A stretch of DNA of 64,000 nt from Octopus vulgaris (taxonomy: Eukaryota): positions 62,868,001 through 62,932,000 of the forward strand of contig OX597826.1 of assembly GCA_951406725.2 (NCBI GenBank). Direction: 5' to 3'. Shown here one piece after another: positions 54,860 through 64,000 of this stretch. A program made the position numbers and the translations under genes. Below the pieces are notes generated by a model. That model searched no databases. It was not told the origin of the DNA and saw nothing but the letters and a program-made list of their open reading frames with translations. Position 1 is the stretch's first letter; each line of letters starts with the position of its first letter.

Positions 54860-56410
54860 AGGATGTAACAGCTCATGTTTTGATTGTGGATTGATTTCTA
54901 GTTTGCTTTGTGGAACTTTAGGTTGGATATGGCTTGAGTCCTCCTTATAGCGTGGATGTCAGAAGTTTACCTATAGAATTAACTATACATTGTTAATTCT
55001 ATAATGTTAGGATCCAAAAGAGTTGTTGGTGCTACCTTCACATTATGGATAAGTTTCACATTGTTTGTGAAGCAGAGATCCAAAATATTGCTTCCCCTGG
55101 TTGGCTGGAGTATCAAATGTTCTATGAACAGCATGCTAGAAACTTCCAGCAATGATTTTGCTTGGTTTTGGTCATGCAGTGACATTCAGGACAGGATGTG
55201 GCCATCAGGCCATTTAACATTTAGGAGGTTGAAGTCACCCAAGAGGAGTATATTGATGTGTTGGTCCAGATTTGTCAAAACCTCTTCTATGCGTCTGAGG
55301 CTATCCTCAAATTTACCCTCATTCTTTGAGGTTTGTTTTATGTGTACTATTAAAGTATCACAGACTGAGTTTGAATGTGACAACAGTACTAGGGGTGTGA
55401 CATCACGGAATGACATGGCAACTCCTCCATGTCTTCTATCTCTTGATCTGTTCGATGTACGGCATATTCTGGTATGTGTATTTCTGCATCTGTTATATTA
55501 GATGTTAGATGCGTTTCTGTAAGTGCCATGCATATTGCTTCATTGCATGCAGCAAGGTCTTTAAGGTAGAGAAATTGGTCTCTGCTACTTTTCTGGGCCA
55601 TGCTTTAAAAAGTTTGTTGTTCAAATAGCTGCAGTTCGCACAGCCTCTGCATATTGCCTTTTGTGGGGAACAGAGGGTATGTGTGAACTCCTTTCCTTGT
55701 GGGACCTGTTGGTTCTTGTTGGTGAATTATGGGCTCATAGGTCCGAGTTTTTGGTAAGCCCTTTCTGCGACCTGTTTGTTTTGTCGCCCTACTTGTTAAT
55801 CTGGCGGTGTTTGGGATAGGGAAATTTGCAGTTTGCTCCGTTTTCTCCTTGCCCGCAGGTGCCATGCATGTAAAATTTACAAATAATCTGTTTCTTTGTA
55901 TAGGTTCGTGCTTGGGTTTTGGGTTTGTTAGTGTTCACGTTTTTCCTGGCTGTTTGTCTGTTTTCCTGTCTCTGTATTTTAGTGTGGTACTGTTTTTACT
56001 GTATTCACTACAGCCATTGCAGCTTTCACTACCGTTTGTAGTACTGGTAGCATTTGCCTTCTTTGTGTCATCCGCTTGGCCTTCCTGGGTTTGATCATAG
56101 CAAACAGGCTCTTGATTGTCATCTTTGCCGCCTGTTTCCCTCATAATGCCCTCTAGGAGGTCAAGATATGGCTTTATAAGATCATAGGAGCGTATGAACT
56201 CCTGTATCTACCGCAGAATTTGGGCCATAGACCTGTAGAAATTATATCTGTACAGGGTTTTTGCTATTAGGTCATTTGCTGGTGATCCGTCGGCGAAGTT
56301 CCATGCTTGTACAAAAAGGGGAATTTCCTCTTATTGCCAGTTTCGACGCATCATTTTTTTCTTAATAGCCTCAATCTAGCACTGTACAAAGCTTCGTCTG
56401 CTGGTATCCA
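54860..56410 (-). mobile_element. CR1/L2-group LINE 5' part: ORF1 remnant plus APE endonuclease pseudogene
   Basis: APE motifs CMALTETHL, HRTD..GGVA, LLLGDFN, QPTRGSNILDLCFTN and LLDPNII (SDH decayed) across ORFs 54979-55601. No RT follows. Confidence 0.8.
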
Positions 56411-57462
56411 TAACGTACGATTATTTGCCGAGAAGGGTGTTAACTTAGTATAGAGAAATAATAGAAAGGAAAAGGATAAAGCGAAATAGAATAAAATACG
56501 ATAAATAGAATATGTTAAGTAGATAAAATATAATACGGGGAGTAAATAATAAAATACGAAATAGAAATATTCTGAGTTGTTCTATTTGTTTTACAAAAAG
56601 TTTTTGATTAGAGGTTTAACCTATTAGATAAATTAATACGATGAGATAAGATGAATAAAAAAATAAAACATATTAAGCAGATAAAATATTATACGGAGAA
56701 TACGAAATAGAGATTTTTAAGGGAGAGAAAAAGGAAGAATTTACATGTAATTAGAGACGTTTAAAATTTACCTTAATTGTTGGTGCGAGAAAAGAGATAC
56801 GTAAATGATTTACTGATTGCGGATCTTAAGATCGGCAATATTTCAAATAATTGTACTTACTTAACTTACATTCATTCACAAGGGATATATATATATATAT
56901 ATATATATACATTTTAGAAACATTCACAATCGAAAATCATCCCCCCAAAAAATCTTTTTTACTGAAAACAAAACGTGTTGATATAGTCGAAAAACTTGGT
57001 ACCCATCGAAGAGGGCGTTCAGTCAAAGTATCTCTCTTTCTGGTAGTAAACAACAGTTATTTCAATTGTCACCAAATTTGATCAGTTAACCTTTCAGTTT
57101 TACGTTCACCCAGCGAATAATTTCATTTCTTAGGTTTAATAAATCAGAAATTTTACCGCGTATTTCCGACGATATCATGAAGGATACATTCCGCAGTATA
57201 AAAAATAAATAAATTCGGTTATATACGTCAGCCAAAATACTCTACTTCAGACACTGGTTGGAAATGCTAACGTTTCTATATTTCAGCAGATATATCAATT
57301 TTTGGGAAAAACGCATTTGTCAGTGGTTTTTAGATCTTTTCAGGGGAACGATATAAATGACATCTATGCAGCTGGTGCCATGTTTGTATGTATATATATA
57401 TATAATTTAATAAATAAAATATATGCATACATACATACATATATGTACGTACCTACATCTAC

Positions 57463-57527
<65 letters not shown>

Positions 57528-57593
57528 TGTGTGTGTGTGTGTGTGTGTGAGTACAGGACACCACAAATAAACGTAGAACACAACGAGAAACGA

Positions 57594-57855
57594 AAACATA
57601 AAAACAACTAGGAAACGGACTTTTTTAACAACGAAAAACAAGAGTACAAGACAAACAATACAAGGAATATTCTCCTTCGTCAGCTGTCCCTGGATCGACT
57701 CAATGCGTATTTCGAAGGTAAGGACAGAACACGACCCGTCGATAAGTCCTTCCTGCAAAAGAATTAAATAAAATTCCTTTGCAGAGGGGTAAAAACAAGG
57801 AAAGAAAAAACATAAAAACAACTAGGAAACGGACTTTTTTTAACAACGAAAAAAC
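57594..57855. repeat. Short element with a ~45-bp direct repeat, 214-bp period
   Basis: AAACATAAAAACAACTAGGAAACGGACTTTTTTAACAACGAAAAA at about 57594 and 57808. Confidence 0.7.
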
Positions 57856-58019
57856 ATATATATATATGCATGCACAAATGAATAATTACATACGGGCACA
57901 TTACACCTGTTTCTTGCGCAACTTCTTAATAGAAGAATGAGAACATTACTCTATTGCAAAAACCGTAATCATCACATGAAAAGTAATTTCCTGTAAATCC
58001 GTACTAGGTGTAGTTTATT

Positions 58020-58054
<35 letters not shown>

Positions 58055-58274
58055 AAAATGAAAAGAAAATGGAGATTTACAATTGACACATTTGAATGTA
58101 TTAACAAATTATTATATTATTATCAAAATAAATACATATATAAATATTATGATCCTACATTTGGTTTACTTCAGACTCAATAATGAATTTATAAAAATTG
58201 ATGTTTATTGGTAAGAATGTCATCGAAAATGCTTGACAAACGTTACACACACACATATATACATATAAATATGC

Positions 58275-58334
<60 letters not shown>

Positions 58335-58366
58335 TTTATTTTAAGCAGCAGAAAAATCAACAAAAT

Positions 58367-58404
58367 CTGTTACTCTGAGTTTCTCGTTGCCGTTCATCAG
58401 ACAG
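58367..58404 (-). ncRNA. Minimal type I hammerhead (inverted pLTR copy)
   Basis: Exact reverse complement of 60680-60717. Confidence 0.75.
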
Positions 58405-58599
58405 TTTTTGCTAGAATGGAACATATATATTAATTCAATCTATACTCTTACAAACGCTACACCTTTAAAAAGAAATGGACTTGTTTGATTGGCCCTTTAG
58501 AAAAAAACGGTCAATCTTCGAGCGATAAACAAAAAGGTCAAAAATATATGTATATATATATAAAAACTTATAAAAATTATAAAATCCGAGGAAAATACC

Positions 58600-59682
58600 A
58601 CGCATAATCTAAACGGCCATGAATCAGATAGACTTAGGAAGGACCTTATAGCTTTCTTTCAAAGGATGGGCTTACGGATTACGATAGATACTAACCTGAA
58701 TAGTGTAGATTTTTTAGACGTAAATTTTAATGTAAGATCGGATAGATTTAAACCTTTCCGTAAGCCCAATGAAAAGCTATCGTATATTAGCAAAGATTCG
58801 AACCATCCACCAGTTATCCTTAGCAACTTAGTCAGCAATGTAGGTAGAAGAATATCTTCAATTTCTTCGGACGAGGCAGCTTTCCATAATGCTGCACCTT
58901 ATTACGATAGCGCATTAAAGAATAGTGGATTCTCGGAGAAGATCCAGTTCAACCAGCTTAATGCTAATAATAATGCTGCACGAAGAACTAGGACTAGGAA
59001 AGTTTTGTGGTTCAACCCGGCTTTCAATTTGGCCGTAAAGACTAATATAGGTAAGGAATTTTTGAGATTAGTCTCTAAGCATTTTAGGCAGGGTCATAAA
59101 TTCTACAGAATATTTAATAGAAGAACCCTGAAGGTTAGCTATTCTTGTTGCAGAAATTTCGCCTCTTACATTAGCCAACATAATAGGAAGCTAATTGAGA
59201 TTAGACATGGTGCCGAGCCCATTAAGAAATGTAATTGCAAAAACGAAAGCTCCTGTCCGTTAGAAGGGAAATGTCTAGTGAAAGGAGTAGTTTATAGAGC
59301 CAAGGTGCAAGTGGAAGGCTCATCGGAATACAAGACATACACAGGGGCTTCAGAAAATTCATTTAAAACAAGATTTTATTCTCATAAGAATTCTTTTAAA
59401 TACCCAGAGAATAGAAAGAAAACCAGCCTAGCAAAATATGTCTGGGAACTAAAAGAAAAGGAAGCCCCACCTTTCAACGTGACATGGAGCATTCTGGACA
59501 GGGCGGCACCATACAGGCATGGAGCTTACAAATATAATTTCAAGTGCAGACTTTGCTTATTAGAAAAAATGCATATATTATTCAAAGACAATAATTCTTT
59601 GAATCAAAGAAGTGAATTAATGAACTTATGTAGGCACAAGGCTAAATTTAAAATGTCGAATATAAATATACCATATGGATAG
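58600..59682 (+). CDS. PLE RT thumb + GIY-YIG endonuclease (C-terminal fragment, open from the truncation point)
   Basis: GLRITID..VDFLDV, PFRKPN..YI...SNHPP, RKVLWFNP, KVSYSC, CNCKNESSCPLEGKCL, GVVYRA...YTG...FKTRFYSH and KCRLCLLEK. The RT catalytic YxDD lies upstream of the truncation and is absent. Confidence 0.88.
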   Translation, partial: THNLNGHESDRLRKDLIAFFQRMGLRITIDTNLNSVDFLDVNFNVRSDRFKPFRKPNEKLSYISKDSNHPPVILSNLVSNVGRRISSISSDEAAFHNAAPYYDSALKNSGFSEKIQFNQLNANNNAARRTRTRKVLWFNPAFNLAVKTNIGKEFLRLVSKHFRQGHKFYRIFNRRTLKVSYSCCRNFASYISQHNRKLIEIRHGAEPIKKCNCKNESSCPLEGKCLVKGVVYRAKVQVEGSSEYKTYTGASENSFKTRFYSHKNSFKYPENRKKTSLAKYVWELKEKEAPPFNVTWSILDRAAPYRHGAYKYNFKCRLCLLEKMHILFKDNNSLNQRSELMNLCRHKAKFKMSNINIPYG

Positions 59683-60679
59683 AGTATATATTTTGTATTT
59701 TGATTTTTTGATTTTGATTTTGACTCTTGAGCGCTACAACGGACCTATAGCAAAGTCTTATTGTTTCTACATATATATTAGGAAAAACCTACAAACTTTG
59801 TTTTCATGTTATTGTATTGCATAAGATTACCTTGATTATTTATATTACCTTGATTATTTATAAATGACCCAAAATAGGATGTTATATTTTATTTTATAGG
59901 TCTTTCGTATATATTTTTATTAATGCACCCATTTTTTTAAAAGCAATGTTTTTTTATAAAAAAAGCAATGTTGTCAAATTTAGAATGTTTATATAAGTTT
60001 GTGTATAGCAAAGCATATGTATTTGTAAGCATGCGTATCTGTGTATGTGTGAGTGAAAGTATGCTTGTGCTTAAGCACACATATACACGACGGTATGTAT
60101 ATGTATCAATTCAAACTTGTGTATGTATACAGGCCTCTATAGATGCCAAATAACATCGCTACCCCTCCTCCGTTCCTTTTTCTCTCTTTCCCTTTCTTTC
60201 GTTCCCCCTCCTTGCTCAGTATATGAGAATTGCTACATAGATGAATTTTAGCTTGCGTGCGAGACGGTTTGCGTGAATATATGTACACATGCTTTTATGT
60301 GTATAATTTAGATTCATATTCATACGTCTGTATATGTATGTATGGCGTTTACGCGCATCCTTTTGTGTATGTTGATATATATATGTGGATTTTAATATAA
60401 ATATGTATTGCAGTATTTATAACAGGTTTAATTTCTATGCATTAATTTGTACTGTCTTCATTAACGGCAACAGGTTTTTTCCTCGGTATTTTCCTCGGAT
60501 TTTATAATTTTTATAAGTTTTTATATATATATACATATATTTTTGACCTTTTTGTTTATCGCTCGAAGATTGACCGTTTTTTTCTAAAGGGCCAATCAAA
60601 CAAGTCCATTTCTTTTTAAAGGTGTAGCGTTTGTAAGAGTATAGATTGAATTAATATATATGTTCCATTCTAGCAAAAA

Positions 60680-60717
60680 CTGTCTGATGAACGGCAACGA
60701 GAAACTCAGAGTAACAG
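60680..60717 (+). ncRNA. Minimal type I hammerhead ribozyme in the pLTR
   Basis: CUGU-CUGAUGA-A CG GCAA CG A-GAAA-CUC A GAG-UA-ACAG: intact core, GNRA-capped helix II, near-palindromic helix III and GUA cleavage triplet. Confidence 0.8.
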
Positions 60718-60819
60718 ATTTTGTTGATTTTTCTGCTGCTTAAAATAAAGCATATTACTCTACCACTGGTATTTGAGTACTCTTTTTTCCACCTTGTTTC
60801 ACATTTATGTGTTTACTCC

Positions 60820-60852
<33 letters not shown>

Positions 60853-61348
60853 CTATATATGTATATGTATATATATAGATGTATAAATATATATAAGCAT
60901 ATATATGTGTATAGTATAAATATATATATATATATATATAAATGTAAGCATGTGTGTTGTTATATTTTTCCAGTCAATATGTGCGACGGAGTGCATAGGA
61001 CATTATGCATCCTCGTATGCATGTGTCAATCAATGCCGGAGAGAAACGAGACAAAGTTGAAATTATATAATAGACAAGCCAATAGGAAGATAAATTTCAA
61101 TGAAAATAGATCTGTCATGATTTCCACGCCATGAATGCACTAATTTACAACGTAATTACGAATTATAATTATATTTAGTGAATTGCCTTCACACACACGC
61201 ACACACACTAATTCATACAGACGTACACACATAAACAGACACACGCACACAGATTAATTAATACAGATGTACACACATAAACAGACACACGTACACACAC
61301 GCATAAATACACACACACTCACACATATATATATATAGGTATGTATGT

Positions 61349-61418
<70 letters not shown>

Positions 61419-61861
61419 ACATACACATAGGTACGTACATACATATGAATTTATAAATGTATATATATGCATGTATGTATAAATATGTGAATATATATGC
61501 ATATATATATGTATATACTCACGCTCACATACATATATACATATATATAAACACATACATATATATATATGTGTGTGCCTGTATGTGTACATATATGTGT
61601 ATGTGTGAGCCTGTGTCTGGCGCATGTATATGCGTGTTTGTATGAGTCTTTTAAACCAAATCCACGCTCAACTGGAGAAAGTAATATAAAAGATAAAAAA
61701 CCTGTTATAACCTCTGACATATAATCACATTAAATCAATTTCCGCTCTGCAGTTTTTGTCTCAATTTACGAAGAAAACAATTAAGCCGTATCCAGACAGT
61801 ATTCTGAAATATTCCATGATTATTCTTATAAATATAGAAAAACGAGTATAAAAAATAACGA

Positions 61862-62668
<807 letters not shown>

Positions 62669-62988
62669 ATTTTCATTATTCGCCACAAAGGCCTATGCAT
62701 TCATACAACAATGGGCTGTAAGACCACTGAGGAAGAACATACATTGTTACACAAATACGATGTGTGGGTGGGAGAAATGCTTTATAAAATATTGACATTA
62801 AGTATTTAGATGAAATACACAAATGGTGAATACTTAAATGCATAAATATAAACTTTAGAAAAAAAAAACAAAGATGGATATGTGGTTAAGCAATTAGCTT
62901 TGCAACTTCTCGCTTTAGGGTACAGTCCCGTGCCAACTAATTCTTGAGGAGTGGTTTTCGTGGGCTGAAATTGTATGGGGTTCGATTA

Positions 62989-63035
<47 letters not shown>

Positions 63036-63039
63036 TTAT

Positions 63040-63636
63040 TCAGTAGTTTTATTTTTATAGCGTGCTTTCACTTCACTACCGAGCGCAGCTCTGTGTGCCT
63101 TGGGTATGTGCCGTGATTTGTTGTGATGCTCTGATGGTTATTGTATGGAAAGTGTTCTGCGTAGAATGTGTGCAGTGCCTAGTAGTGCAATTTTCTGTAT
63201 GTTATATGTGTTTGTAAGTCCTGGTGTTTTTGTTATGTATTTGTCTGAATATTTTTTTATCATGCCTAATGCACCTACTATGATAGGAATTGTTTCTGTT
63301 TTCAGATTCCACATTCTAGTTACCTCTATTTCCAGGTCTTTGTATTTTGAGAGTTTCTCCATTTCTTTTAGAGACACGTTGTCATCTGCCGGTATTGATA
63401 CATCAATTAGAAAGCATTTTTTTCTTCATGATCTCTGACAACTATATCTGGTCTGTTGGCCTTAATTTCTCTATCTGTGTGTATCGGCATATCCCAGAGT
63501 ATGGTTGCTTTCTCGTTTTCTGTGACCTTTTCTGGTGTGTGCCTATACCATCTTTTTCCTGTTGTTATTCCATAATGTTGGCATAGCTTCCAATGTATGT
63601 AGGTTCCAACTCTGTCATGTCTGTGAATATATTCCT
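63040..63636 (-). mobile_element. 5'-truncated R4/Dong-clade LINE (restriction-like endonuclease domain) in (TAA)n
   Basis: EYIHRHDRVG..IHWKLC, ILWDMPIHTDREIKANRPDIVV, LIDVSIP, KEMEKLSKYKDL, IPIIVGALG and IQKIALLGTAHILRR. (ATT)n on both flanks. Confidence 0.9.
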
Positions 63637-63658
63637 TATTATTATTATTATTATTATT

Positions 63659-64000
63659 GAGTGAGAGAGCAGTGCATGCCATCAAAGTGACACTGGGGTA
63701 AAATATACGAAGCCCAATATACCCATCATGACTACCCGTCTGATAAGGGTACATCAGGCACATGCATCACAACCATATGTGCGCGACATGGTGATCTCAT
63801 ATCAAGATAAACAGCACATGACCTTGCAGGTGGGGCCCAGTTAGAATTTTCTTCAGGTTGAGTAGCCCATCCCGCTCAAAAGGTCCCTGAATAAGGGTTG
63901 TTTAAGGATGTTGAAAGAACCACCCATGTTTCCAGAGGTGAATTATTCAAACCCCAAAGAATCCCTCTCAACACATGGCTATGATGCTCCCCCACTACTT
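63659..64000 (-). mobile_element. Possible 3' end of another retroelement with a (TAA)n tail
   Basis: GC-richer complex block abutting (ATT)n and running off the window end. No protein motif recognised. Confidence 0.3.

Larger units (their letters stand above)
58334..60821 (+). mobile_element. 5'-truncated Penelope-like element (Hydra-clade-like) with inverted 5' pLTR, inserted in (TA)n
   Basis: 58334-58599 is the 266-bp reverse complement of 60485-60750. The ORF lies between them, a 71-bp tail follows, and (TA)n flanks both sides. Confidence 0.92.

Noticed and set aside
57674-57718. Permuted (type II) hammerhead on the minus strand: GAAA...CUGACGA
   Set aside because: Helices I and II pair poorly. 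Kept only as a direct-repeat element.

Overview
AT-rich, microsatellite-saturated eukaryotic DNA with no clearly recognisable host gene, rRNA, true tRNA or CRISPR array. The tRNA-derived SINE families and (TA)n/(CA)n/(GATA)n/(TAA)n density suggest an octopus/cephalopod genome (inference). Most ORFs in the track are microsatellite translations. Supportable content: (1) a Penelope-like retroelement (PLE) with an intact 765-aa RT + GIY-YIG ORF (46832-49129, -), preceded by an overlapping Q/N/H/P-rich upstream ORF joined in the -1 frame through a U_UUU_UUA heptamer; (2) an adjacent ~488-bp tandem/inverted repeat array with three type I hammerhead ribozyme (HHR) motifs; (3) a 5'-truncated second PLE (58334-60821, +) with a 266-bp inverted pLTR and a minimal HHR; (4) several other small HHR-bearing elements inserted in (TA)n; (5) Helitron helicase remnants and non-autonomous Helitrons; (6) mariner remnants and MITEs; (7) R4/Dong LINE fragments in (TAA)n and CR1/L2-group LINE fragments; (8) four SINE families, some with clear TSDs; (9) large palindromes and a 113/114-bp minisatellite. 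All calls come from reading the sequence by eye; no searches or folding computations were run.
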